A stretch of DNA of 64,000 bases from an uncultured Cardiobacterium sp. (lineage in GTDB: Bacteria; Pseudomonadota; Gammaproteobacteria; Cardiobacteriales; Cardiobacteriaceae), in NCBI RefSeq assembly GCF_938028825.1, contig NZ_CALIZP010000090.1, forward strand, positions 13,374-77,373, given 5' to 3'. The position numbers were made by a program, and so were the translations under genes. Below, one piece after another: positions 28,595-37,736 of the stretch (within the stretch, counting starts at the first letter, position 1; each line of letters begins with the position of its first letter). Below the pieces are notes generated by a model. That model had not been told where the DNA came from. It did not search any database and saw only the letters and a program-made list of their open reading frames with translations.

Positions 28595-30646
28595 ATGTCT
28601 GAGGCTTATCAGGTACTCGCCCGCCGCTGGCGACCGAAAAACTTTCACCAACTGGTTGGCCAGACACACGTAACCCAGGCGCTGACCTACGCACTCGATC
28701 ATAACCGCATCCACCACGCCTACCTCTTCACCGGCACACGCGGCGTCGGCAAAACCACCATCGCCCGCATCTTCGCCAAATCCCTCAACTGCAAAACGCG
28801 CGGCGTCAGCTCCGAACCCTGCGGCGAATGCGAACACTGCCGCGAAATCGACGAAGGCCGTTTCCCCGACCTGATCGAAGTGGATGCCGCCTCGCGTTCA
28901 CGCGTCGAAGAAACCCGCGAACTGCTGGACAACATCCCCTACGCCCCGGTCAAAGGCAATTACAAAGTCTATCTCATCGACGAAGTACACATGTTTTCCG
29001 CCAGCAGCTTCAACGCCCTGCTGAAAACGCTTGAAGAGCCACCGGAACACGTCAAATTCATCCTCGCCACCACCGATCCGCAAAAACTGCCGGCGACCAT
29101 TCTCTCGCGCTGCCTGCAATTCCACCTGAAAAACATGAGCGAGCGGCAAATCAGCGACCATCTCGCCCACATCCTTGACAGCGAGAACGCCGCTTATGAC
29201 CGCGACGCCCTGCTACTGCTGGCCAACGCTGCTGCCGGCAGCATGCGCGACAGCCTCAGCCTGCTCGACCAGGCACTCGCCTACGGCCAGGGCGAAGTGC
29301 GCAGCCGCGACGTTGCCACCCTGCTCGGTGCCGTGCCCGAACCGCAACTCAACCAGATGCTGCACCTGCTGGCCGACGGCAACGCCGCCGGACTGCGGCA
29401 AGTCCTCGACGCCCTGGACGAATACGCCCCCGACTACGCCAACCTGCTGCTGCGCCTCCTGCAACAAATCCAGAAAATCACCATCGTCCGCCTCAACGCC
29501 GAACGCTATCCGGGCGAAATCCCCGCCGAACTACATGCACTGGCCGCGCGCCTGCCGGTCGAACTCGTGCAACTGTGGTACCAAATCGGCGGCGACACCT
29601 GGCAAAACCTGCCCTACCAGCCCGATGCGCGCATGGCGCTGGAAATGAGCCTGCTGCGCATGATTGCCCTGCAACCGCTGCTGCCGGACGCCGAGCCGCC
29701 ACAGGCGTCGACCATCCGCGAAGCTGCGCCCGCCACCGCAGCCGACAACCTCACCGCCATCCTGCAAGACAGCCTGCCAAGCGGGACAACAGCGGCATCC
29801 GCCGACACGGATAACAGCGCACAACCCGAACCGACCGCATCGCCAAGCGGCATAACAGCGGCATCCGCCGACACAGACAACAGCGCGCAACCCGAACCGA
29901 CCGCATCGCCAAGCGGGGAAACTATAGCATCCGCCAATACGGCTAACAGCACACAAACCGAACCAACCGCCCCGCCAAGCGGCATAACAGCGGCATCCGC
30001 CGACACGGATAACAGCGCACATACCGAACCGCCCGCGTTGCCAAGCGGGACGACACCGCCACTTGTCGCTGCAAACACAGAAGAAGCCCCGCCGCCGTGG
30101 GAAGACCTCCCTGCCGCCGACGACAACGACATCCCGCCGTGGGTGAGCGAAACCATTCCGGACGAAAGCGTGCCCGCCGCTACCGCCGCAGAAAAAAAAA
30201 CCGCCGCTGACGCAACCGCTGCTGACGACGCCCCAAGCCTCGACCCGCTCATAGACAACCTCGAACGCTGGAACGACTTCCTCATCACCCTCGACCTGCA
30301 CGAATACCCGCTGCTGCTGCTCGAAAACAGCATCCCCGTCGCCTGGCAGCCGCCGCGCCTCAGCCTGCAAACCGGCGCGGGCGGCATCATCTTCGACCAG
30401 AAACAAAACCGCGAAGAAGCCGCCGCCGCCATCGCCGCCAAAATCGGCACCGCCTGCACCATCGACATCCGGCCGGGCGACGCCGTGACCACCCCCATCG
30501 ACTACCGGCGGCAGAAAAATGCCGCGCAACAGCAACAGGCGGAAAGCGATTTCCACAACCATCCACAAGTACAGGCCGCCCAAGCCGTCTTCGGCGACGG
30601 CCTGCGCGTGGACAACATCCAACCCACAAACCCTTCACAAACATAA
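28595..30646 (+). CDS. dnaX: DNA polymerase III tau/gamma subunit
   Basis: LARRWRP, GTRGVGKTT, Zn motif, DEVHM, SRC. Confidence 0.97.
   Translation: MSEAYQVLARRWRPKNFHQLVGQTHVTQALTYALDHNRIHHAYLFTGTRGVGKTTIARIFAKSLNCKTRGVSSEPCGECEHCREIDEGRFPDLIEVDAASRSRVEETRELLDNIPYAPVKGNYKVYLIDEVHMFSASSFNALLKTLEEPPEHVKFILATTDPQKLPATILSRCLQFHLKNMSERQISDHLAHILDSENAAYDRDALLLLANAAAGSMRDSLSLLDQALAYGQGEVRSRDVATLLGAVPEPQLNQMLHLLADGNAAGLRQVLDALDEYAPDYANLLLRLLQQIQKITIVRLNAERYPGEIPAELHALAARLPVELVQLWYQIGGDTWQNLPYQPDARMALEMSLLRMIALQPLLPDAEPPQASTIREAAPATAADNLTAILQDSLPSGTTAASADTDNSAQPEPTASPSGITAASADTDNSAQPEPTASPSGETIASANTANSTQTEPTAPPSGITAASADTDNSAHTEPPALPSGTTPPLVAANTEEAPPPWEDLPAADDNDIPPWVSETIPDESVPAATAAEKKTAADATAADDAPSLDPLIDNLERWNDFLITLDLHEYPLLLLENSIPVAWQPPRLSLQTGAGGIIFDQKQNREEAAAAIAAKIGTACTIDIRPGDAVTTPIDYRRQKNAAQQQQAESDFHNHPQVQAAQAVFGDGLRVDNIQPTNPSQT
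29777..30055 (+). repeat. In-frame tandem repeat in dnaX, 4 x 66 bp plus a partial unit
   Basis: CCAAGCGG units start at 29777, 29843, 29909, 29975 and 30041; unit encodes PSGxTAASADTDNSAQPEPTAS. Confidence 0.95.
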
Positions 30647-30655
30647 GGAGACACA

Positions 30656-30982
30656 ATGCTTCCCGGAAAATTGGGCAACATGATGAAAAAAGCGCAGGAA
30701 ATGCAGGCCAACATGCAGAAAATGCAAGAAGAACTGGCGAACAAACACGTCGTCGGCATCGCCGGGGCGGGCGCGGTCAAAGTAACCCTGAACGGCCACT
30801 ACGCCTGCCAGCGCGTCGAACTCGGCGAAGAAGCGCTGAAAGAAGACAAAGACATGCTGGAAGCCCTCATCGCCGCCGCCATCAGCGACGCCGCAAGCAA
30901 AGTCAACCAGATGACCCAGGAAGAAATGGCCGCCATCACCGGCGGTATGGGCCTGCCCGGCGGCTTCAAGCTACCCTTCTGA
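30656..30982 (+). CDS. ybaB: YbaB/EbfC nucleoid-associated protein
   Basis: MMKKAQEMQ, GAGAVKV, GFKLPF; position between dnaX and recR. Confidence 0.95.
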   Translation: MLPGKLGNMMKKAQEMQANMQKMQEELANKHVVGIAGAGAVKVTLNGHYACQRVELGEEALKEDKDMLEALIAAAISDAASKVNQMTQEEMAAITGGMGLPGGFKLPF

Positions 30983-31588
30983 ATGAGCTTTTCCCCCGCT
31001 TTCGACCGCCTCGTGCAGGCCCTCACCTGCCTGCCGGGCGTCGGCAACAAAACCGCGCAGCGCATGGCGCTGCAACTCCTGCTCACCAAAACCGCGCAGG
31101 CACAAGAACTGGCGGATGCCACCAACCACGCGCTGCACACCGTGCGCCGCTGCGAGAAGTGCCGCAACATCAGCGACGAAGCCCTCTGCCTCATCTGTGC
31201 CAACCCGCGCCGCGACGCGGGCACCATCTGCGTCGTCGAAGCACCCGCCGATGTGCTCGCCATCGAACAATCCACCGACTATCGCGGCCACTACTTCGTG
31301 CTGATGGGCCACATCTCGCCGCTCGACGGCATCGGCCCGGAAGAACTCGGCCTCGACATCCTCGACCAACGCCTCACCGGCGGCGACATCCACGAAGTCG
31401 TGCTCGCCACCAACAGCACCATGGAAGGCGAAACCACCGCCTACTTCCTCGCCGAACTCGCCGCCAAACACGGTGTCCCCGCCACCCGCCTCGCGCACGG
31501 CGTGCCGATGGGCGGCGAGCTCGCCTACATTGACAAAAGCACCCTCGCCCTCGCCTTCAACACCCGCAGCCGCTACCGCAGCGAATAA
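30983..31588 (+). CDS. recR: Recombination mediator RecR
   Basis: LPGVGNKTAQR, C4 zinc finger, Toprim EGETTA. Confidence 0.97.
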   Translation: MSFSPAFDRLVQALTCLPGVGNKTAQRMALQLLLTKTAQAQELADATNHALHTVRRCEKCRNISDEALCLICANPRRDAGTICVVEAPADVLAIEQSTDYRGHYFVLMGHISPLDGIGPEELGLDILDQRLTGGDIHEVVLATNSTMEGETTAYFLAELAAKHGVPATRLAHGVPMGGELAYIDKSTLALAFNTRSRYRSE

Positions 31589-31612
31589 TCCGGGCGGTGC
31601 CGCCAGGCGGGA

Positions 31613-31722
31613 TATAGTCAAATATCTAAAAAAACCGTAACGGTGTTGCGCCGCCTTGCCGTACTGATTTGTACTGTCTGCGGCGGCGCGCCTTGTTACG
31701 GCTTCTTGGCTATTTGACTATA
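31613..31722 (-). mobile_element. Correia-like MITE, 110 bp, second terminal-repeat subfamily
   Basis: TATAGTCAAATA...TATTTGACTATA; core GCCTTGCCGTACTGATTTGTACTGTCTGCGGC. Confidence 0.9.
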
Positions 31723-31796
31723 ACCACACGGTTTGTGGAAAAGGCAGGACGATCATGCAGTGGGGGAAACCCCGGCCTGCCGACAACCGATAACAT

Positions 31797-32381
31797 TTAC
31801 CCCAGTTTCACCCCATCCCGCGTCATCTGCGCCTGCAACGCAGCGAGACGTTTCACCGGGTCGAGCAGCGGGTCATGCACATGGGCCAGCAGCCGTTCCG
31901 CCGAATCCGCCACCGCTGTGGCCGTGGCCGCCACCGCCCCATGAAAAATAAACGGCGGCAGAAAGGTCATCTGTAATAGCTGCGCCGTTTGCACCAGTGG
32001 CTTCAGGAACTCGCTCATGGCAAAGCGGTTATAGCCGCCAGCCTGATAGGAATCCGCCGGGCCGCCGGTGGAAATCGCCGACAGCCATTCCTTGCCCGCC
32101 AGCGCCGCGCCGCCGCCGTAGGCCCAGCCATAGGTCAGCACATCGTCCAGCCACTGCTTCATCAATGGCGGCGGCGCATACCAATAGAACGGATGTTGAA
32201 AGACGATGCGTTCATGGGCGAGCAGCGCGGCCTGTTCGGCGGCCACGTCAATGCGGCCGTCCGGATAGAGCGCATACAGATCACGCAGCGTAACGCCCGC
32301 CGGGGCAAGGCGCGCGACCCAGGCGCGGTTGACCGTGGATTGTGAAAGACGCGGATGAAAGACATTGACCAGAATTTGCAT
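31797..32381 (-). CDS. Flavodoxin-fold NAD(P)H oxidoreductase (KefF/YwrO-like)
   Basis: HP..SQSTVN, FQHPFYWY..PPLMKQWLD, STGG. Confidence 0.9.
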   Translation of the reverse strand: MQILVNVFHPRLSQSTVNRAWVARLAPAGVTLRDLYALYPDGRIDVAAEQAALLAHERIVFQHPFYWYAPPPLMKQWLDDVLTYGWAYGGGAALAGKEWLSAISTGGPADSYQAGGYNRFAMSEFLKPLVQTAQLLQMTFLPPFIFHGAVAATATAVADSAERLLAHVHDPLLDPVKRLAALQAQMTRDGVKLG

Positions 32382-32478
32382 AAAGACTCCCGAAAAAAGT
32401 GAGAGTTCCATCATAGTCCGCGCCGCCGCCCGCCATAAGCCCCGCGCCGGGGCATACCATCATGCAGGAGAAGCAACA

Positions 32479-33402
32479 ATGCACCCCAACGACTACGCCG
32501 AACTGGCCGCCTTCGTCGCCATCGCCGAAAGTGGCAGTTTCCGCCGCGCCGCCGCCCGGCTTAACCTGAAACCTTCCACCGTATCGCACCGCCTGGGCGC
32601 GCTGGAAGCACGCCTCGGCGTGCGCCTGCTGCACCGCACCACCCGCAGCGTCGCCCTGAGCGAAGCGGGCCGGGCGCTCTTCGGCCAGGTGGCGCCCGCC
32701 CTGCACGATTTGGCGGGCGCACTCGACAGCGTGAACGCGCACCGCGACCGGCCCCGGGGCTGTGTCCGTTTAAGCCTGCCGCGCTGTGTGGCGACCACGG
32801 TGCTTCTGCCCCGTCTCCGGGATTTCTGCGCCCGCCATCCGGACATTCACCTCGACATCGCCGCCGACAACCGCGCCATCGACATCGTGCGCGAGGGCTA
32901 CGATGCGGGCATTCGCCTCGGTGAAAATCTGGCGAATGACATGATCGCCGTGCCGCTGACCGGCCCATTGCACAGCGTCATCGTCGCCGCGCCGGCTTAT
33001 CTCGCCCGCCACGGCCTGCCGCAGACCCCGGCGGCACTGGCCCGGCACCGCTGCCTGGGCTTCCGCCAGCCGGGCAGCCGCGAACTCTACCGCTGGGAAA
33101 TCGAAGACGGTGACCGGGCGCAAAGCCTCACCCTGACGCACCCGCTCATCTTCGATGACCCGGAATTGCTGGCGGAAGCCACCGTCGCCGGCCTCGGCAT
33201 CAGCTACGGCCTGGACCTGGTCTGTGCGCCGCACCTGCGCGCCGGCCGGCTGACGGCCCTGCTGACTGCCCACTGCCCGTGCTTCCCCGGCTTTTACCTC
33301 TACTATCCCGACCGGCGCATCAGTCCCGCGCTGCGCGCCCTCATCGACAGCCTGCGCCCGGCAGCAGAACCACTGCCAGGCCGCATTCCTGCTGATACAT
33401 GA
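32479..33402 (+). CDS. LysR-family transcriptional regulator, divergent from the oxidoreductase
   Basis: SFRRAAARL, LEARLGVRLLHRTTRSV. Confidence 0.93.
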   Translation: MHPNDYAELAAFVAIAESGSFRRAAARLNLKPSTVSHRLGALEARLGVRLLHRTTRSVALSEAGRALFGQVAPALHDLAGALDSVNAHRDRPRGCVRLSLPRCVATTVLLPRLRDFCARHPDIHLDIAADNRAIDIVREGYDAGIRLGENLANDMIAVPLTGPLHSVIVAAPAYLARHGLPQTPAALARHRCLGFRQPGSRELYRWEIEDGDRAQSLTLTHPLIFDDPELLAEATVAGLGISYGLDLVCAPHLRAGRLTALLTAHCPCFPGFYLYYPDRRISPALRALIDSLRPAAEPLPGRIPADT

Positions 33403-33489
33403 AAAAACCCAATCACCTCACCCGTGAATGACCAATCAAACAGGCTATAATGTCCGCCTTTCCACACCCACCCACAGCGGAGAATTCCC

Positions 33490-34674
33490 ATGCAAGAACA
33501 AACCGACATCATCGTCGTCGGCGCCGGCCCCGCCGGACTGGCTTTTTGCCGCTCGCTTGCCGGCAGCCAGCTCAACATCAGCGTCGTCGAAATCCACAGC
33601 AAAGAAGTGCTTGCCGACCCGCCCTACGACGGTCGCGAAATCGCCCTCACCCACCCTTCCAAAGCCATCCTCGAAAACCTCGGCATCTGGCAGCGCTTCC
33701 CCGCCGACGAAGTCTATAACCTGCGCGAAGCCTCGGTGCTGAACGGCAACTCGCCCTACCGCCTGCACTTCCCGCTGCCGCCCGCCGACAGCCACAAGCG
33801 TCCGATTGACACCCTCGGCTACCTCGTGCCGAACCACATCATCCGCCGCGCCGCCTACGAAGCCGTGCAAGACCAGGCTAACATCCGCTGGCACACCGAA
33901 CGCCGCGTCATCGCCTGCGGCAGCGACACCACCAGCGCCCACGTCACCCTCGATAACGGCGACACCATCAGCGGCAAACTGCTGGTCGCCGCCGACAGCC
34001 GCTTCTCCTTCGTCCGCCGCGCGATGGGCATCGCCGCCGACACCCACGAATTCGGGCGCAACGTCCTCGTCTTCCGCCTCGAACACGAACACTCCAACGA
34101 CCACACCGCGAGCGAATGCTTCTTCTACGGCAGCACCCTCGCCCTCCTGCCGCTCACCGACCACATCACCAACTGCGTCATCACCATTGATAGCCGCAAA
34201 GCCCCGGCACTCATCGCCCTGGGTGACGGCATCGCCGCGCACGTCGCCGCCGAACTCGACCACCGCCTCGGCGCGATGAAACTCGTCAGCACCATTCACG
34301 ACTACCCGCTGGTCGGCGTGCACGCCCGCCGCTTCCACACCAACCGCTGCGCGCTTATCGGCGACGCCGCCTGCGGCATGCACCCCGTCACCGCGCACGG
34401 CTACAACCTCGGCCTGCAAAGCCAGGAAATCCTCTCGCGCCTCATCCTGCGTCAGGCAGGCCAGGGCAGGGACATCGGCAATCCGGCCATGCTCGCCGCC
34501 TACGGCCGCCGCCACCAGTTGAACACCCGCCCGCTCTACCATGGCACCAACGCCATCGTCAAACTCTTCACCCGCGAAACCCCGCCCGCCCGCATCCTGC
34601 GCCACGGCGTCCTGCGTCTCTCCGACCATCTGCCGCCGCTGAAACGCCTGATTACGCGGCAGTTGACCGGCTAG
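33490..34674 (+). CDS. ubiM: Ubiquinone biosynthesis flavin hydroxylase UbiM
   Basis: GAGPAG, DGREIALTH, AADSRFS, GDAACGMHPVTAHGYNLGL. Confidence 0.85.
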   Translation: MQEQTDIIVVGAGPAGLAFCRSLAGSQLNISVVEIHSKEVLADPPYDGREIALTHPSKAILENLGIWQRFPADEVYNLREASVLNGNSPYRLHFPLPPADSHKRPIDTLGYLVPNHIIRRAAYEAVQDQANIRWHTERRVIACGSDTTSAHVTLDNGDTISGKLLVAADSRFSFVRRAMGIAADTHEFGRNVLVFRLEHEHSNDHTASECFFYGSTLALLPLTDHITNCVITIDSRKAPALIALGDGIAAHVAAELDHRLGAMKLVSTIHDYPLVGVHARRFHTNRCALIGDAACGMHPVTAHGYNLGLQSQEILSRLILRQAGQGRDIGNPAMLAAYGRRHQLNTRPLYHGTNAIVKLFTRETPPARILRHGVLRLSDHLPPLKRLITRQLTG

Positions 34675-34743
34675 GGCTTCCTAGACCCCCTTGGGCAAAG
34701 CTGCTACACTTCGCCGCCTTCACCATTCCATACAGGAGAACTC

Positions 34744-35214
34744 ATGAAAAACACCGTCAAAATCGCCGCAGTCGCCGCGCTCGCCGCCGTCAGCCTGACC
34801 GCCGCCGCCAAACTGAGCGAAGGCAAGGCCTACGGCGACTGGAAAGGCACCTGCCAGGGCAACGAATGCGGCGCGGTGCAAATCGTCAACAACCCGCAAG
34901 GCGAACCGGTCGGCCGCATCCTGCTGCGCCGCATCCCGGAAGCACAAAACAGCGTCGTCGCCTTCGTTACCGTGCCGCTCGGTGTCAACCTGCGCGCCGG
35001 CATGGCGCTTGCCGTGGACGGCAAAGAACTCGTCGTCACCCCGTACGACTTCTGCGACAACGGCGGCTGCAACGCGGCCATCCCGCTGGAAGGCAACATC
35101 GAAGCCAGCGTGAAAAAAGGCAACGTCCTGCAAATCGCGGCCTTCGTCGGCGACAAACAGCAAACCATGGGTTTCTCGCTGAAAGGCGTGACGGAAGTCA
35201 TCAAAAACCTCTGA
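34744..35214 (+). CDS. Invasion-associated locus B (IalB) family exported protein
   Basis: Signal peptide; YGDWKGTC...C, VPLGVNL, C...GC, FSLKG. Confidence 0.8.
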   Translation: MKNTVKIAAVAALAAVSLTAAAKLSEGKAYGDWKGTCQGNECGAVQIVNNPQGEPVGRILLRRIPEAQNSVVAFVTVPLGVNLRAGMALAVDGKELVVTPYDFCDNGGCNAAIPLEGNIEASVKKGNVLQIAAFVGDKQQTMGFSLKGVTEVIKNL

Positions 35215-35222
35215 CCTGCCTA

Positions 35223-35241
35223 CCCCCCCCCCCCCCCCCCC
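35223..35241. repeat. Poly(C)19 homopolymer
   Basis: 19 consecutive C directly after the IalB-like stop codon. Confidence 0.9.
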
Positions 35242-35257
35242 GCACGGGTGCAGCAAG

Positions 35258-35282
35258 AACCGGACGCAACGTCCGGTTTTTT
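35258..35282 (+). terminator. Terminator after the IalB-like gene
   Basis: AACCGGACG-CAA-CGTCCGGTT-TTTT. Confidence 0.8.
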
Positions 35283-35396
35283 ATGGGCAAAAGACCGCCT
35301 CGCCCTTTCGTGGCCCCTCCCGCTTGCGGGAGGCGGGTTGTCCGTTGTTCCGGAAGCATTTTTCCCCGCTGTGAAGCCGGTGCCACTTGTGGGTGA

Positions 35397-36122
35397 TCAA
35401 GCAAAGTAGCGGCGGTAGATGTCCAGCACGCCGTAGATTTCCGCTTCCGGGCTGACGTAATGGCAGATATGTTTGACAGCTTCTGCCGCGTTGGCGGGGC
35501 AGGCGGCAAAGTCCACTTTGCGCAGGATGGGCAGGTCGCCGGGGGAGTCGCCGATGGCGGCGAGGCGGCAGTTTGCCGCCTGCTGCCCGGTGTGGTGCAG
35601 GTAGTGCTGCACGCCCGTCCATTTGTTGATGCCGTGCGGGATGATGTCCAGCGCGCGGCCGGAGCAGTGCAGGTCGAAGCCGTCGGTATGTAGGTTGGCG
35701 GTGACCACGGCGTACACGTCTTCCGCCGTTTTGCCTTGTTCGGCGACGAGCGAGAGGCAGGCTTCTTTGCCGTGGCTCATTTGCCAGTGCACGGCGAAGC
35801 TGTCTTTATGCGCGGCGAGGTATTGCGCCATCTGCTGCGTGCGTTCGCGCACGGCGGGGGTGAGTTGCGGCGCGGGGATGACGTCGTCGTTCAGGTAGTC
35901 GTAGAGCAGCGCGCCCTGGTCGGTGATGGCGTAGCGGCCGAGGCGGGCAAATTGCGCCAGCGCTTCGATGTAGGAGAGCGAGCGGCCGGTGCAGAGGACG
36001 ACTTCGGTCGGCGATTGCTGCACAAGCTGTTCCAGCGTTTGCAGGGCAGCGAGGTCGTAGCGGGCGAACTTGCCACGGGTCAGGCAGCCATCGATGTCGA
36101 GAAAAAGGATGGTGTCGGGCAT
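35397..36122 (-). CDS. HAD-superfamily subfamily IIB phosphatase
   Basis: DIDGCL, CTGR, NK, GDSPGD. Confidence 0.85.
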   Translation of the reverse strand: MPDTILFLDIDGCLTRGKFARYDLAALQTLEQLVQQSPTEVVLCTGRSLSYIEALAQFARLGRYAITDQGALLYDYLNDDVIPAPQLTPAVRERTQQMAQYLAAHKDSFAVHWQMSHGKEACLSLVAEQGKTAEDVYAVVTANLHTDGFDLHCSGRALDIIPHGINKWTGVQHYLHHTGQQAANCRLAAIGDSPGDLPILRKVDFAACPANAAEAVKHICHYVSPEAEIYGVLDIYRRYFA

Positions 36123-36138
36123 GGTGTTCTCCTGCGGG

Positions 36139-37602
36139 TTATTTGCCCTGTTCCGGCTTTTTGTTGAGCGAAACGTGCCCATCTGCCTGTTTTTGCAGCA
36201 GTTCGTAACTATGGCGGATTTGCGCGGTTTTCGGGTGGTCGGGGTAGTGGCTGATGAGCTGTGCGAGCAGGTGCAGCGCCTGCTCGCGTTTGCCGGTTTT
36301 GTCCAGGGCGCGGGCGGCGGCGTAGTAATTGTCGAGGATGTCCTTGTGCCCTTTGTGGCGCTGCGCGAAGTTGCGGGTGAGCGCGAGCACGGTGTTGTAG
36401 TCGTGATGTTCGCCGGCCATGCGCGCGAGCGGCTTGATCCAGTCGGCGGGCAGGCGGGCGATGTCGTCGAGGGCGATGTTTTCCACCGCCTTGCGCACGC
36501 AGAGGTAGCAGCGTTCGTTGCCGTGCACCGCCGCTTCAATCAGGCGCTGTTCGAGGGCGGGCAGTTCTTCGTAGCGGTGGTGCACTTGATAGTATTCGTA
36601 GAGGATGCGGTAGGCGGGGAAATACTGGCCGATGTCGCGGTGCGCATTGGTGTAGTTGCGCAGCAGCGCCTCGGCCTGCTCGAAGCCGCCTTCCTGCATC
36701 AGCACGTCGATGGCGAGCAGGTCTTGCGCGAACTGTTTCTTCTCTTCGTCGTCCATGCGGTAGGTGTCAGCTTCGTAGAGGACGCGCCGCTCCGCTTCGC
36801 TCAGGCCTTGCGGTCTCTCGTCACGCATGAAGTAGCCGATGTAGGTGTAGGTGAGGGCGGTGGCAAAGGCCTGGATGACGGCAACCATGAATACGACCAG
36901 CGTGGGAGCATTGATAGCGTAAGCGATGATGCCAACGAGGAAGCCCAGCACAACACCCGCACCAATAAGCACAACAAGCGGGAAGAGCAGGATGGAAAGG
37001 TAGTTCCCGATGCCCATGTTGCGGATGACCTGTATCCAGCCGCGCGGGTCAATCATGCTGCCGATGCTGTCGTTGCCGACCAGATTCATAATCATCGCCG
37101 GGACAAAGAACCAGCTGATGAACATGAAGGGGACAGCCCAGACATAAGGGCCGCCCAGCAGCCATAGCGGGAGAAGGGCAATGGCGATGATGATGATGCC
37201 GATGGCGTATTTGAGTGGGGTCAGGAAGGGGATAAGCGTGACCGGCGCGTAGGGTACGGGTTCTTCTTCCAGCCCTTCGGAGATACGCATGATGCCGTCG
37301 AACATCTTGCAGGTGAGGAGAAAGCCGACGGCGAATTGCAGCAGGAGGAAACCGAAATTGCCCGAAGTGGCTTCGTTCGCTTCCAGCACGGCATCAAAAC
37401 ATTTTAGGTCGGTAATGCTGCAATCCGGCGACAGACCGGCATCAGCAAAGATTTTGTTCGAGATTTCCGTCTGCTGGTAGTCGTGAAAACCGTTGATGCA
37501 GAGGATAAGGGCCAGCAGTACCCAATACAGCAGATTGCCGCCCTTGAAGAGGTAGCGGATGGCGCGCAGCAGCTTGTCGAAATTGTCTTTGATGTCGTTC
37601 AT
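36139..37602 (-). CDS. Multi-pass membrane protein with C-terminal TPR-like domain
   Basis: Several hydrophobic segments, then helical repeats ending LISHYPDHP. Confidence 0.65.
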   Translation of the reverse strand: MNDIKDNFDKLLRAIRYLFKGGNLLYWVLLALILCINGFHDYQQTEISNKIFADAGLSPDCSITDLKCFDAVLEANEATSGNFGFLLLQFAVGFLLTCKMFDGIMRISEGLEEEPVPYAPVTLIPFLTPLKYAIGIIIIAIALLPLWLLGGPYVWAVPFMFISWFFVPAMIMNLVGNDSIGSMIDPRGWIQVIRNMGIGNYLSILLFPLVVLIGAGVVLGFLVGIIAYAINAPTLVVFMVAVIQAFATALTYTYIGYFMRDERPQGLSEAERRVLYEADTYRMDDEEKKQFAQDLLAIDVLMQEGGFEQAEALLRNYTNAHRDIGQYFPAYRILYEYYQVHHRYEELPALEQRLIEAAVHGNERCYLCVRKAVENIALDDIARLPADWIKPLARMAGEHHDYNTVLALTRNFAQRHKGHKDILDNYYAAARALDKTGKREQALHLLAQLISHYPDHPKTAQIRHSYELLQKQADGHVSLNKKPEQGK

Positions 37603-37736
37603 GAAAATGCCCTGTGGTTTTTGCATCGCCGCATTGTATAGCGGTGCCGGGGATTAGGCACGCGGTGCCTGCTGCCGCTATACAGCGGGGGGAAGCGCCG
37701 ATACAATCCCGCGCCCCGCCCATCACCGTGTACCCC

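Noticed and set aside
29777..30055. 66-bp periodicity resembling a CRISPR array
   Set aside because: The whole unit is repeated with no unique spacers, it is in frame within dnaX, and no cas genes are present.
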